63,991 bases of DNA, filler included, from an uncultured bacterium (GCA_964372275.1; 3 parts of 3 records of this genome joined end to end with filler, not necessarily neighbours in it), one strand, 5' to 3'; positions 9,478 through 19,488 are shown, counted from the whole stretch's first letter. Notes: a model not told the origin generated them from the sequence alone. Numbers and translations: made by a program.

Positions 9478-10659
9478 ATGGCCACCGATCCCCTCTCCTC
9501 GGACCTCGCCTCGCTGCGGATCGACCGCGACGAAAACCCGGCCATCGCCCGCGGCCGGCGCCAGCTCGCGGTCGGGGCGGCGCTGGCGGTGGTCGTCGTG
9601 GCGGGGGGGGCCTTCGCCCTTCGGTCGTTGTCGACGACCTACTCCAAGGTGGAGGTGGCGGTCACCGAAGTCCGGCTCGTCTCGCCGGCGCAAGGATCGG
9701 TCGAAGTGACCAGCACCGGCTACGTCGTGCCGCAGGTCGCCTCCAAGGTCGGCGCCAAGCTGCTCGGGCGGGTGGCCGAAGTGCGCGTCGAGGAGGGCTC
9801 CCGGGTCGAGGCCGGCCAGGTGCTGGTGCGACTCGACGACGCCGAGCAACGCTCGGCCATCTCCGCCGCAAAGGCCCGCGAGGAGGCGGCGAAGGCGACG
9901 CTGGCCGAAACCAACGGGCAGTTCGAGCGGGAACGGGCGCTGGCGGAACAGGGGGCGTCGGCGCGGTCGGTCGCCGAGGACCTGGGCTCCCGCGTCGACT
10001 CGCTCGCCGCCGCCGCCAAGGCGGCCGAGGCGGAGCGGATCGAGAAGGAGGTCGTGCTCCGCTACGCGACGATCGTCGCCCCGATCGACGGCGTGGTGGT
10101 CGCCAAGCCGGCGGAGGTGGGGGAGCTGGTCGGACCCGGCACCGGTCCGGTCGTCGAGCTCGCCGACTTCTCGTCGCTGTTGGTCGAGACCGACGTGCCG
10201 GAGGGGAAGCTCCACCGCATCCGTCCCGGCGCGCCCGCGGAGATCGTCCTCGACGCCTACCCGGCCCGGCGCTACCGCGGCGAGGTGACCGAGATCGGTC
10301 CGCGCGTCAATCGCGCGAAGGCGACGGCGATCGCCAAGGTGAAGTTCGTCGACCCGGCGGAGGGGGTGCTGCCGGAGATGGCGGCCCGGGTCGGCTTCCT
10401 GGCGAACGCGCTCGCCGCCGATTCGATGAAGGAGCCGCCGAAGCTCGTCGTCCCCGCCTCCGCGGTGGTCGATCGCGCCGGGGCCAAGGTCGTCTTCCGG
10501 ATCGACGACGGAAAGGCGCGGATCGTTCCGGTGACGCTGGGGTCCGCCGTCGGATCCGGCTTCGAGCTGAAGAGCGGGCCCCGCGAAGGGACCCGCCTGG
10601 TGTCCTCCCCGCCGCCGTCGTTGGCGGACGGGCAATCGATCAAGGAGAAGAGTCCGTGA
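9478..10659 (+). CDS. Efflux periplasmic adaptor subunit (MacA/HlyD family)
   Basis: N-terminal TM, TGYVVPQ, lipoyl halves (GRVAEVRVEEGSRVEAGQVL; IVAPIDGVV), VETDVPE. Confidence 0.9.
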   Translation: MATDPLSSDLASLRIDRDENPAIARGRRQLAVGAALAVVVVAGGAFALRSLSTTYSKVEVAVTEVRLVSPAQGSVEVTSTGYVVPQVASKVGAKLLGRVAEVRVEEGSRVEAGQVLVRLDDAEQRSAISAAKAREEAAKATLAETNGQFERERALAEQGASARSVAEDLGSRVDSLAAAAKAAEAERIEKEVVLRYATIVAPIDGVVVAKPAEVGELVGPGTGPVVELADFSSLLVETDVPEGKLHRIRPGAPAEIVLDAYPARRYRGEVTEIGPRVNRAKATAIAKVKFVDPAEGVLPEMAARVGFLANALAADSMKEPPKLVVPASAVVDRAGAKVVFRIDDGKARIVPVTLGSAVGSGFELKSGPREGTRLVSSPPPSLADGQSIKEKSP

Positions 10660-11360
10660 GCGCAAACGTCGCAGCCCGCCCCTCGACGGCCGAGTCGATC
10701 ATCCGCCTCCGCGGCATCAAGAAGACCTTCTGGCGAGGGAAGGAGCCGGTGAAGGTGCTCGACGGGCTCGACCTCGAGATCCCGACCGGATCGTTCGAGG
10801 CGCTGATGGGGCCTTCCGGCTCGGGCAAGTCGACACTGCTGAACCTGATCGCCGGTCTCGATCGCCCCACCGACGGGACGGTGGAGGTGCAGGGGAAGTC
10901 GATCGGCACGATGGGCGAAGGGGAGCTCGCCGCGTGGCGCTCGCGGACGATCGGCTTCATCTTCCAGGCGTTCAACCTGATTCCGGTGCTGACCGCCGCG
11001 CAGAACGTCGAGCTGCCGCTGCTGTTGACCCGCCTGCCGAAGGCGGAGCGCCGGAAGCGGGCGGCGACGGCGCTCAAGGTGGTGGGCCTGGCCGACCGCG
11101 CCGACCACTTTCCGCGCCAGCTCTCCGGCGGCCAGGAGCAGCGGGTCTCGATCGCCCGCGCCATCGTCAACGATCCGGCGATCCTGATCGCCGACGAGCC
11201 GACCGGGAACCTCGACCGGCAGGCGAGCGACGACATCCTGTCGCTGCTCGCCACGCTCAACAAGGAGTTCGGCAAGGCGATCCTGATGGTGACCCACGAC
11301 TCGGCCGCCGCCGAGCGGGCGGGGATCATCCGCCGCCTCGACAAGGGCGTGCTGGTATGA
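10656..11360 (+). CDS. ABC transporter ATP-binding protein (MacB/LolD-like)
   Basis: GPSGSGKST, IGFIFQAFNL, LSGGQEQRV, ADEPTGNLD. Confidence 0.95.
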   Translation: MSANVAARPSTAESIIRLRGIKKTFWRGKEPVKVLDGLDLEIPTGSFEALMGPSGSGKSTLLNLIAGLDRPTDGTVEVQGKSIGTMGEGELAAWRSRTIGFIFQAFNLIPVLTAAQNVELPLLLTRLPKAERRKRAATALKVVGLADRADHFPRQLSGGQEQRVSIARAIVNDPAILIADEPTGNLDRQASDDILSLLATLNKEFGKAILMVTHDSAAAERAGIIRRLDKGVLV

Positions 11361-12523
11361 GCTTGGGCCTCTTCGCCGTCCGGAACCTGTTGCGCAACCG
11401 GCTGCGGACCGGTCTGACCGTGCTGGGCGTCGCCATCGCGGTGTTGGCCTTCGTGCTCCTGCAGACGGTCATCACCTCCTGGCTGTTGGGGATCACCACC
11501 GCCGCCAAGGACCGCGTCGTCACCCGGCACAAGGTGACGTTCGTGATGAGCCTCCCGAAGCGCTACGTGGAGCAGATCCGGGAGATCCCGGGGGTCACCA
11601 ACGCCACCTGGGCCAACTGGTTCGGGGGGAAGGACCCGACCCATCCCAACGAGTTCTTCATGGCGATCGCGGTCGACCCGACCACCTACCTCGACGTCTA
11701 CGACGAGCTCTACGTGTCGCCGGAGGCCAAGGCCTCGTGGATCGGGGACCGGCAGGGGGCGATCGTCGGGCCGGTGATCGCCCAGAAGTTCGGCTGGAAG
11801 GTCGGCGACACGATCACCCTCACCAGCGACATCTTCCCCGGCGAATGGAAGTACCGCGTCCACGCCATCTACGAGGCGCGGCGGAAGTCGGCCGACCGGT
11901 CGATGGTGATCTTCAACTGGGACTACCTGAACCAATCGCTGCCGGAGCGGGCCCAGGAGCAGGTCGGCTGGATCACCAGCCGCATCGCCGATCCGAACCA
12001 GGCGGCGCGGCTCTCGCTCGACATCGACCGGACGTTCGAGGAGCTCGACACCCAGACCTTGAGCCAGGACGAGGGGACGTTCCAGCGCTCCTTCATGGGG
12101 ATGATGACGGCGATCCTGAAGGCGATGAACGTCGTCTCGATCGTCATCCTGGCGATCATGATGCTGATCCTGGGGAACACCGTGGCGATGGGGGTGCGCG
12201 AGCGGGTGAAGGAGTACGGCGTCTTGCGCGCGATCGGGTTCCTCCCCGGCCACGTGGTGCGGCTGATCGTGGTCGAGGCGGCGACGCTCGGGATCGTCGG
12301 GGGGCTCGCCGGGCTGGTGATCGCCTACCCGCTGGTCGAGCTGGGGATGGGCTCGTTCCTCGAAGAGAACATGTCGGCCTACTTCCCCTACTTCGACATC
12401 CAGGCGCGGACGGTGGCGCTGTCGATCGCCGTCGCCGTGACCGGCGGGATGCTCGCCGCGGCGATCCCCGCCTGGCGCGCCTCCAGGCTGCAGGTCGCCC
12501 AGAGCCTGCGTCAGATCGCCTGA
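11357..12523 (+). CDS. ABC transporter permease (MacB/FtsX-like)
   Basis: RNLLRNRLRT-LT, periplasmic domain, VRERVKEYGVLRAIGF. Confidence 0.9.
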   Translation: MSLGLFAVRNLLRNRLRTGLTVLGVAIAVLAFVLLQTVITSWLLGITTAAKDRVVTRHKVTFVMSLPKRYVEQIREIPGVTNATWANWFGGKDPTHPNEFFMAIAVDPTTYLDVYDELYVSPEAKASWIGDRQGAIVGPVIAQKFGWKVGDTITLTSDIFPGEWKYRVHAIYEARRKSADRSMVIFNWDYLNQSLPERAQEQVGWITSRIADPNQAARLSLDIDRTFEELDTQTLSQDEGTFQRSFMGMMTAILKAMNVVSIVILAIMMLILGNTVAMGVRERVKEYGVLRAIGFLPGHVVRLIVVEAATLGIVGGLAGLVIAYPLVELGMGSFLEENMSAYFPYFDIQARTVALSIAVAVTGGMLAAAIPAWRASRLQVAQSLRQIA

Positions 12524-12539
12524 CCCACCCGAGGAACCG

Positions 12540-13709
12540 ATGATCCCGATCTCCTACAACGTGCGCAGTCTCTCGGAACGGAAGGCGACCACCGCCGCGG
12601 CGGTGCTGGGCATCGCGCTGGTCGTATTCGTCCTCTCCTCCTCGATGATGCTCGCCGCCGGCATCCAGAAGACGATGGCCACCTCCGGCCGCGACGACCA
12701 GGCGATCGTGATGCGGAAGGGGAGCGACAACGAGCTGTCCTCCATCGTCGATTCGACGATGCCGGGGGTCGTCCTGGCCCAACCCGGCGTGAAGGTGGGC
12801 GAAGGGGGCGTGCCGCTCGGCGTCGGCGAGGTGGTGGTCGTCGCCGCGATGGAGAAGAAGGGGACGGCGGGGAGCGTCTCCAACGTGCAGATGCGGGGAG
12901 TCCCCGAATCGGCGCTGGCGTTCCGTTCGGGGCTGACCTTCGTCGCCGGCCGCCCGCCGAAGCCGGGGAGCGACGAGGCGGCGGTGGGCACAAGGCTGCG
13001 CGGGAAGTTCACGGGGCTCGACCTCGGCGAGAGCTTCGAGCCGCGCAAGAACCTCCCGATCCAGGTGGTCGGGATCTTCGCCGACGGCGGATCGTCGTAC
13101 GAGTCGGAGGTCTGGATGGACCTCGACACGCTGCGCGGGGCCTTCCGCCGCGACGGGATGGTCTCCTCCATCCGGGCCCGCCTCGACTCGCCGGCCGCCT
13201 TCGAGGCGTTCGAAACGGCGGTGGAGGAGGATCCGCGGATCGGCCTGGAGGCGATGCGCGAGACCGAGTTCTACGAGAAGGCCTCCGAGGACACGGCGAT
13301 GTTCCTCTCGGTGCTCGGGGGGATCATCTCCTTCTTCTTCGCCGCCGGGGCGATGGTCGGCGCGATGATCACCATGTACGCCTCGATCGCCAGCCGCCAG
13401 CGCGAGGTCGGCACGCTGCGCGCGCTCGGGTTCCGCCGCCGTACGATCTTGGGCTCCTTCCTCCTGGAGTCGGCGCTGATCGCGCTGATCGGGGGCGCGA
13501 TCGGCACCGTGGCGAGCCTGGGGATGGGGAGCCTCGAGTTCTCGATGATGAACCAGTCGACCTGGTCGGAGATCGTCTTCCGCTTCACCCCGACGGGGCG
13601 GATCCTGGTGACGGCGCTGGTGCTGGCGACGGCGATGGGCCTGGTCGGCGGCTTCCTCCCGGCGCTGCGTGCCGCGCGCCTCTCCACGGTCGAAGCGATG
13701 CGCGAATAG
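12540..13709 (+). CDS. ABC transporter permease (MacB/FtsX-like)
   Basis: IPISYNVRSL, GAMITMYASIASRQREVGTLRALGF, GGFLPALRAAR. Confidence 0.9.
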   Translation: MIPISYNVRSLSERKATTAAAVLGIALVVFVLSSSMMLAAGIQKTMATSGRDDQAIVMRKGSDNELSSIVDSTMPGVVLAQPGVKVGEGGVPLGVGEVVVVAAMEKKGTAGSVSNVQMRGVPESALAFRSGLTFVAGRPPKPGSDEAAVGTRLRGKFTGLDLGESFEPRKNLPIQVVGIFADGGSSYESEVWMDLDTLRGAFRRDGMVSSIRARLDSPAAFEAFETAVEEDPRIGLEAMRETEFYEKASEDTAMFLSVLGGIISFFFAAGAMVGAMITMYASIASRQREVGTLRALGFRRRTILGSFLLESALIALIGGAIGTVASLGMGSLEFSMMNQSTWSEIVFRFTPTGRILVTALVLATAMGLVGGFLPALRAARLSTVEAMRE

Positions 13710-13732
13710 CGAAGACGCCGCGTCGGGGTCCG

Positions 13733-15043
13733 TCAGGGCCGGAGGTCTTCCCCGGCGGCGCGCTGGAGGGACAGGCGGGCGATGGCGAGCTCCCCTTCGG
13801 CGCGGATGCGGTCGACCTCGGCCGCGAGCGCGTCGCGGTCGGCGAGGATGACGTCGAGCTGGGTGGCGGTGCCGGCGCGGAAGCGGGCGCGGGTCTCCTC
13901 GGTCGCGGCGAGCGACACCTCGGCGCCGCGGCGGGTGGAGACGACCTTGGCGCGCGCCGCCTCCAACGACAGATACGCGGCGTGGATCTCGTCCCGGACC
14001 TTCTCCTCGGCGAGCCGCAGCCGGGCGCGCGCGTCCTCCAGCGCCGCGCGCCCCCGCCGAACGTCGGCGTAGCGAGCCCCCAGATCGAGGAGCTGCCAGT
14101 CGAGCTGGAGCCCCAGCTGCCAGGAGGTGTCCTCGGTCGCGAACCCCGGGGCGCTGGTGTAACGCTCCACCCCGACGGCGGAGAGCGTCGGCGCGTAGGC
14201 GAACCAGGAGGCGACGCGCACGCGCGCGAGCTGCGCAACCCGCTCCCTCGCCGCCGCCAAATCGGCCCGGGCCTTGGCGGCGCGCTCGGAGAGCTCCGCC
14301 TCCGGCCGCGAGGGCTCGAGTCCGAGCGGCGCCACCGCCAGCGACTCCGGCTCCGCCAGGCCGGAGAGCGTCGCCAGCTGGCGGCGCGCGGTGAGCCAGC
14401 CGCGCCGCGCGTCGATCAGCACCTGCTCGGCCTTGGTCACCTCCAGCTCGGCGCGGCGAACCGCCAGGTCGGTCGTCGCCCCGGCGGCGGCGCGCGTCGC
14501 GACGAAGCGGCGGTTCTCCTCGGCCGCCGACTTCGCGCGCTCGGTGGCGCGGATCACCTCCTGGAACGAAAGGGCGTCGTAGTAGGCGCGCGCGACGGAG
14601 AGGAGGAGGTCGGCCGCCGCCGCGCGGTCGTCCTCGCGCGCCGCCCGCACACCGGCCCGGGAGGCGGCGTAGCGGGCGATGCGGGTCGCGTCAAAGAGCG
14701 GCGCCTCCGCCGAGAGGACGGCGTCCTTCTGTTCCTGCGGCGTCAGCACGATCTCGGTCGGTGGGCCGCCACCGGGATCGGGGAAGACCGCCTTCGACTC
14801 GTACTGGTTGTAGCGGTAGTTCGCCGTCCCCCGCACCGTCGGCAGCAGATCGGACAGCGCCCGCAAACGCTCCGCCTCCGCCGTCTGCACCGCCGCGCGG
14901 GAGATCGTCCGGGCGGGGTTGTTTGCGAGCGCGGCGGCCATGAAGTCGGCGAGGGTCGGCGCGAGATCGGCCGGGACCGCCGGCGCGGCGGTCAGCGTCA
15001 CGGCGGCGGCAGCGGCGGCGGCGAATCGTGCGCGGGGGGGCAT
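13733..15043 (-). CDS. TolC-family outer membrane efflux protein
   Basis: Signal peptide; two OEP repeats (ALANNP...LLPTV...APLFD...VARAYYD; RFRAGTATQLDV). Confidence 0.88.
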   Translation of the reverse strand: MPPRARFAAAAAAAVTLTAAPAVPADLAPTLADFMAAALANNPARTISRAAVQTAEAERLRALSDLLPTVRGTANYRYNQYESKAVFPDPGGGPPTEIVLTPQEQKDAVLSAEAPLFDATRIARYAASRAGVRAAREDDRAAAADLLLSVARAYYDALSFQEVIRATERAKSAAEENRRFVATRAAAGATTDLAVRRAELEVTKAEQVLIDARRGWLTARRQLATLSGLAEPESLAVAPLGLEPSRPEAELSERAAKARADLAAARERVAQLARVRVASWFAYAPTLSAVGVERYTSAPGFATEDTSWQLGLQLDWQLLDLGARYADVRRGRAALEDARARLRLAEEKVRDEIHAAYLSLEAARAKVVSTRRGAEVSLAATEETRARFRAGTATQLDVILADRDALAAEVDRIRAEGELAIARLSLQRAAGEDLRP

Positions 15044-15053
15044 CGCGGCGCGG

Positions 15054-15061
15054 AGTATAGT
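15054..15061. promoter_or_regulatory. Overlapping divergent -10 hexamers (TATAGT on +, TATACT on -)
   Basis: agtatagt lies in the 24-bp gap between the tolC-like ATG (15043) and the nadE GTG (15068); there is no SD on either side. Confidence 0.55.
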
Positions 15062-15067
15062 CCGGCC

Positions 15068-16699
15068 GTGCGCGTGGCGCTGGCCCAGATCTCGACCACC
15101 ATCGCCGACTTCGCCGGAAACGGCCGCAAGATCCTCGACGGCGTCGAGCGGGCGAAAGCGGCGGGGGCGCGGGTGGTGCTCTTCCCGGAAATGGCGATCC
15201 CCGGCTACCCGCCGCGCGATCTGCTCGACCGGCCGGCGTTCGCGCGGGAGGCGGCGCGCACGCTCGCCGAGATGGCGCCGAAGATCTCCGGCGTGACGGC
15301 GGTGATCGGGACGGTGCTCGAGAATCCCGCCTCCGCCGGCAAGCCGCTGTTCAACGCGGCCGCGGTGGTAGAAGACGGGCGGGTCGTCGCCACATACCGC
15401 AAGTGCCTCCTCCCCACCTACGACGTCTTCGACGAGGCACGGCATTTCGAGCCGGGCGCCTCCGCCGACCCGACCACCCTCGCCGGGACGCGCGCGGCGC
15501 TCACCATCTGCGAGGACATCTGGGACGACCCCGACCACGCCCCGCAACGCCGCTACGGCCGCGATCCGGTCGGGGCGATGATCGAGACCGGGGCCCGGCC
15601 GATCTTCAACATCTCGGCCTCGCCGTTCCACCTGGCCAAGCCGCGCCTGCGCCTGGCGATGCTCGGCGCCATCGCCGCCAAGCACCGCACGCCGCTCGCC
15701 TACGTCAACCTCGTCGGCGGGAACGACGAGCTGGTGTTCGACGGCTACAGCCTGCTACTCGACGCGAATGGCCGGGTGATCGCCGCCGGGAAGCCGTTCG
15801 AAGAGGACTTCGTCGTCGGCGAGATCGACGCGGAGGGCGGCGACTGGGAACCGCGCGACGACCTCGACGACGTGCGCGCGGCGCTGGTGGTGGGGGTCCG
15901 CGACTACGCCCGCAAGACGCGGTTCCGGACGGCGGTGCTGGGGCTGTCGGGCGGGATCGACAGCGCCGTGACGGCGGCGATCGCGGCGGAGGCGTTCGGC
16001 TCCGGAAACGTCGTCGGCGTGTCGCTGCCGTCGCGCTTCACCCTGGAGATGAGCCGGGCCGACGCGAAAGAGCTCGCCGCCAACCTGGGGATCGGTTTTC
16101 GCGAGCTCTCGATCGAGCCCCCCTTTGCCGAGATGCTCCGCGCGCTCGCGCCGGCGTTCGAAGGGCGGCCCTGGGACGTCACCGAGGAGAACCTGCAGTC
16201 GCGGATCCGCGGCACGATGCTGATGGCGATCTCCAACAAGCACGGACACCTGTTGCTCACGACGGGGAACAAGTCGGAGATGGCGGTCGGCTACTGCACC
16301 CTCTACGGCGACATGAACGGCGGTCTGGCCGCGATCTCCGACGTGCCGAAGACGCTCGTCTATCGACTGGCGGGGCGGATCAACGCCGACCACGCGGTGA
16401 TCCCCGCCCGCACGCTCACCCGTCCGCCGACCGCCGAGCTGAAGGCCGGCCAGCTCGACCAGGACGCGCTTCCGCCCTACGACGTCCTCGACGAGATCCT
16501 GCAGCGGTTCGTCGTGGAGCGGATGTCGCCGGAGGAGGTCGCGCGCGCGACCGGGTTCGGGCGCGCGGTGATCGACGACGTGGTGCGGCGCGTCGAGCGC
16601 AACGAGTTCAAGCGCCGCCAGGCCCCGCCGGGGATCAAGGTGACAGCCAAGGCGTTCGGCATGGGACGCCGCTATCCGATCGCGCGCGCGTTTGGGTAG
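15068..16699 (+). CDS. nadE: Glutamine-dependent NAD+ synthetase
   Basis: Nitrilase domain (FPEM, K.LLPTYDVFDEARHF, ICEDIW) plus synthetase domain (GLSGGIDS, ENLQSRIRG, TTGNKSE, GYCTLYGD, EFKRRQAPPG). Confidence 0.97.
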   Translation: MRVALAQISTTIADFAGNGRKILDGVERAKAAGARVVLFPEMAIPGYPPRDLLDRPAFAREAARTLAEMAPKISGVTAVIGTVLENPASAGKPLFNAAAVVEDGRVVATYRKCLLPTYDVFDEARHFEPGASADPTTLAGTRAALTICEDIWDDPDHAPQRRYGRDPVGAMIETGARPIFNISASPFHLAKPRLRLAMLGAIAAKHRTPLAYVNLVGGNDELVFDGYSLLLDANGRVIAAGKPFEEDFVVGEIDAEGGDWEPRDDLDDVRAALVVGVRDYARKTRFRTAVLGLSGGIDSAVTAAIAAEAFGSGNVVGVSLPSRFTLEMSRADAKELAANLGIGFRELSIEPPFAEMLRALAPAFEGRPWDVTEENLQSRIRGTMLMAISNKHGHLLLTTGNKSEMAVGYCTLYGDMNGGLAAISDVPKTLVYRLAGRINADHAVIPARTLTRPPTAELKAGQLDQDALPPYDVLDEILQRFVVERMSPEEVARATGFGRAVIDDVVRRVERNEFKRRQAPPGIKVTAKAFGMGRRYPIARAFG

Positions 16700-16709
16700 C
16701 ATCGCCACG

Positions 16710-17903
16710 ATGCCCGCGGCGGTGCCTCGACAGGAGATCGCCGACGCCATCGGCGCGGTGCTGTCGGCGGAGGCGCAGCGCAACGAGGTGCGCGTCTCGC
16801 TGGTGCGCCTGTTCGCCTACGCGCTGGTCGCCGGCCTCGACGGGGCGCTCATGCTGGCCGGACTTCGCACGCCGGCCAACCTCCTGGCGACGGCGTCGGT
16901 CGCGGCCGTTTCGTTCGGACTGCTGCAGCTCCTCCGCGCCGGCTACCGGCCGTGGTTCCGCTTCGCGATCCCGCTGCTCGACGCCGCCTTCATCGGCGCG
17001 ATCCTCCACTCGCGGATCGAGGCGCGCGGACTCACCCGGGGGCTCGCGGCCACGACCGCCGTGGCCTGCGCGCTGTTCGCCGCCACCGGGGGGCTGCGGT
17101 TCGACCGCGCCTCGGCGGCGTGGACGACGGCCGTCGCGGCGACCCTGTTGGTGGTGCTGGTCCGCGGCGAGCTCGACGGGGCCTCCCAGCTCTACGTCGT
17201 CGTCGCGATCGCGGCGATCGGCTTCCTGGCGATCTGGACCACCGACCTGGTGCGGCGCGCGATGGAGGGGGCACGCGGGCGGGCGCTCCTGCTGCGTTTC
17301 CTCCCGAGGGGGCTCGTCGACCGCGCCTTCCGCGATCCGCTCTCGGTGCTCGCCGAGCCTCGGGAGGTGGAGGCGACGGTGCTCGTGTCCGATCTGCGCG
17401 GCTTCACCCGCTACGCGGAGAAGCTCCCGCCCGGAGAGGTGCTCGCCTTTCTGAACGAAGTCCAGGGGGAGCTCGCCGCCGCGGTGCAGTCCCACGGAGG
17501 CGTCGTCGACAAGTTCATGGGGGACGGGATGCTCGCCGTCTTCGGCGCCCCCGAGCCGCTCCCCGACCACGCCGCGCGGGCGATCGCCGCGGCGCGCGAG
17601 ATCCGGACGCGCATCGAGCGGGTCCGCCAGCGGCGTGGGGAGGCGATCGGCGTCGGGATCGGAATCCACACCGGGAGGCTCGTCGCCGGTTGCCTGGGGA
17701 GCGGCGACCGTCTGGAGTTCACCGTCATCGGCGATACGGTGAACATCGCCAGCCGGCTCGAGTCGCTGACGAAGGAGCGCGGGGTCGACGTGCTGGTGAG
17801 CGAGGAGACCGCGCGCGTCGCCGGCGAGGCGGCGCTCGGGGCCCCCGGCGAGGTCGCCATCCGCGGCCGGACCGAGCCGCTGCGGATCCGCGCCCTCGCC
17901 TGA
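16710..17903 (+). CDS. Membrane-bound class III adenylate/guanylate cyclase
   Basis: About 6 hydrophobic helices, then SDLRGFT, DKFMGDG, IGIHTG, EFTVIGDTVNIASRLESL. Confidence 0.92.
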   Translation: MPAAVPRQEIADAIGAVLSAEAQRNEVRVSLVRLFAYALVAGLDGALMLAGLRTPANLLATASVAAVSFGLLQLLRAGYRPWFRFAIPLLDAAFIGAILHSRIEARGLTRGLAATTAVACALFAATGGLRFDRASAAWTTAVAATLLVVLVRGELDGASQLYVVVAIAAIGFLAIWTTDLVRRAMEGARGRALLLRFLPRGLVDRAFRDPLSVLAEPREVEATVLVSDLRGFTRYAEKLPPGEVLAFLNEVQGELAAAVQSHGGVVDKFMGDGMLAVFGAPEPLPDHAARAIAAAREIRTRIERVRQRRGEAIGVGIGIHTGRLVAGCLGSGDRLEFTVIGDTVNIASRLESLTKERGVDVLVSEETARVAGEAALGAPGEVAIRGRTEPLRIRALA

Positions 17904-17994
17904 CCGGTTGCCCTCGACCCCGCGGGCCGGTATAACGCCGCGCGCAGGGGTGCCGGGAGCACCCCGAGGGAGCCCGAAGGGCGGGTCGAGGGGA

Positions 17995-18378
17995 ATGGGC
18001 ACGACGAACGGGTCGGGAGACCACGACGAGCGAACGGAGTCCCGGGAGCGGCGGATCTTCCGCCGGGTCCCGTTCTTCCGTACGGTCCAGTACAAATACG
18101 AATCGATGGAGGCGTTCCGCAGCGAGGTCGCGAACGACCTCTCGTTGGGCGGCGTCTTCGTCCGCACCGAGAATCCGGAGCCGGTCGGTTCGGTCGTCTA
18201 CCTCGAGTTCGACCTGACCGACGGCAGCAAGATCCTCTCCGGTTACGGCAAGGTGGTCCGCGTCAACCCGGCGAACACCCCCGGCTACGACCCCGGGATG
18301 GGGATCGAGTTCCTCAAGTTCGACGAGGAGAGCCGCGCTCGCATCCGCGAGCTGATCCAGCGCGGCGGCGCCAACTAG
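17995..18378 (+). CDS. PilZ-domain protein (TIGR02266-like)
   Basis: ERRIFRRVP (RxxxR), NDLSLGGVFVRT, GKVVRV, PGMGIEF. Confidence 0.88.
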   Translation: MGTTNGSGDHDERTESRERRIFRRVPFFRTVQYKYESMEAFRSEVANDLSLGGVFVRTENPEPVGSVVYLEFDLTDGSKILSGYGKVVRVNPANTPGYDPGMGIEFLKFDEESRARIRELIQRGGAN

Positions 18379-18390
18379 TACGACGGTACA

Positions 18391-18627
18391 CACGTTCCTG
18401 CGCGACCGGTCTGGGAGCAATCCTGTGGGGCTGGACGCACCCCACGAGACCCCGGACGGGTGTCCTTCCGTTCCTTGCCCGGTCCCTTCCGGTTCCCTCT
18501 TCCGTCACATTCCCAGACGGATGGCGCCCGGGGACGGAAAGGGAGAAGGAGCCGGACAGGGGGGCGAAATCGAAGGGAAGGGCAAGAGGCCGCGCGACCG
18601 CTCGTTGAGCGGCCGCGCAGGAACGTG
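18391..18627. repeat. Nested inverted-repeat element between convergent genes (possible MITE/REP insertion or structured RNA)
   Basis: 18391-18408 pairs with 18610-18627 (17/18); direct repeat gcgcgaccg at 18400 and 18592; inner IR gtctggga/tcccagac. Confidence 0.5.
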
Positions 18628-18638
18628 ACGGCGTAGTT

Positions 18639-19088
18639 CTAGTCGCGCGTACACGTCACGTCGGTGAAGCTGCCGCTCGCTTGGTAGATCTCCCCCAGGA
18701 ACTCGCTCGTCACGGTGAACGTCCCCGAGCACTTGCCGGGCTTTTCGTAGGTGCCCGGCTTCCAGGCCGACAGAAGGACCGTCGACGACGCCGTGCCGCC
18801 GCGGCTGGAAAGCCCGCCGTCCGCTCCGCGGACGTAGGTCATCACCCGTCCGCTCTCGAGCTTCTTCCCCTGCTTCACCGCCGGCCCGAGCACGATGTTG
18901 AACCCCTCGCCGTCGGCGGACGTCCCCCGGAGGTTGAACTCCCCGTCACTGTCCTTTTCGATCTTGAACGAGGTGATCATCGACTTCTTCCCCGCAATCG
19001 ACTGCGTTGGCTCCGTCGCACGTGTGGCGCCACGCGCGATCGACGGGATGACAAGCGACAGGGCGAGGACGACGGCGGCTCTGTTCAT
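18639..19088 (-). CDS. Secreted hypothetical protein
   Basis: AAGGAGG SD, signal peptide (..SIARG), high-GC3 codon usage, two C-terminal Cys. Confidence 0.75.
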   Translation of the reverse strand: MNRAAVVLALSLVIPSIARGATRATEPTQSIAGKKSMITSFKIEKDSDGEFNLRGTSADGEGFNIVLGPAVKQGKKLESGRVMTYVRGADGGLSSRGGTASSTVLLSAWKPGTYEKPGKCSGTFTVTSEFLGEIYQASGSFTDVTCTRD

Positions 19089-19115
19089 GGCGGACCTCCT
19101 TCGGGTGGGCCGCGT

Positions 19116-19144
19116 CTTCTACTGGGCGTTGACATGGCCGTCAA
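19116..19144 (-). promoter_or_regulatory. Sigma70-like promoter with overlapping palindrome TTGAC-N6-GTCAA
   Basis: Minus strand TTGACG-17nt-TAGAAG; palindrome at 19129-19144. Confidence 0.5.
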
Positions 19145-19488
19145 TGTGTCCTCGTCGACGCGCCCTGGGCGCTGTCGAAGGCCGCCGCCCTACGGGCAGT
19201 CGTCGAGCGGAATCAGCCACGTGTCGCCGAGAACGTCGGTGGCGGCCGGCCGGCGGGAGGAGCCCCTCGTTCGCGGGCAGGAAGACGCCGTCGGGGCGAA
19301 GGCGTTCCAGGTATGGCGAGTCGACCTCGTCGTTTCGGTATCCACCGAAAAGCCGGATCCCCGCGCACGCGGCGGCGGTCGCCTAGGCGTCGTGACCCCA
19401 AGGCTGTCCGCACGTCCACTTCACCACCCGAATCGCAGGCCGGCATCCGACCGGATCTCTGCCGCCGCAGCGACGGCCCCGCCGCCCG

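Noticed and set aside
18559..18575. GGGGGCGAAA resembling a tmRNA 5' end
   Set aside because: No following GGxTTCGAC, tag reading frame or tRNA-like 3' end.
19200..19400. Minus-strand frame GGYRNDEVDSPYLERLRPDGVFL, faintly like a sulfatase N-terminus
   Set aside because: Too short, no start and no catalytic motif; cannot be supported without a search.
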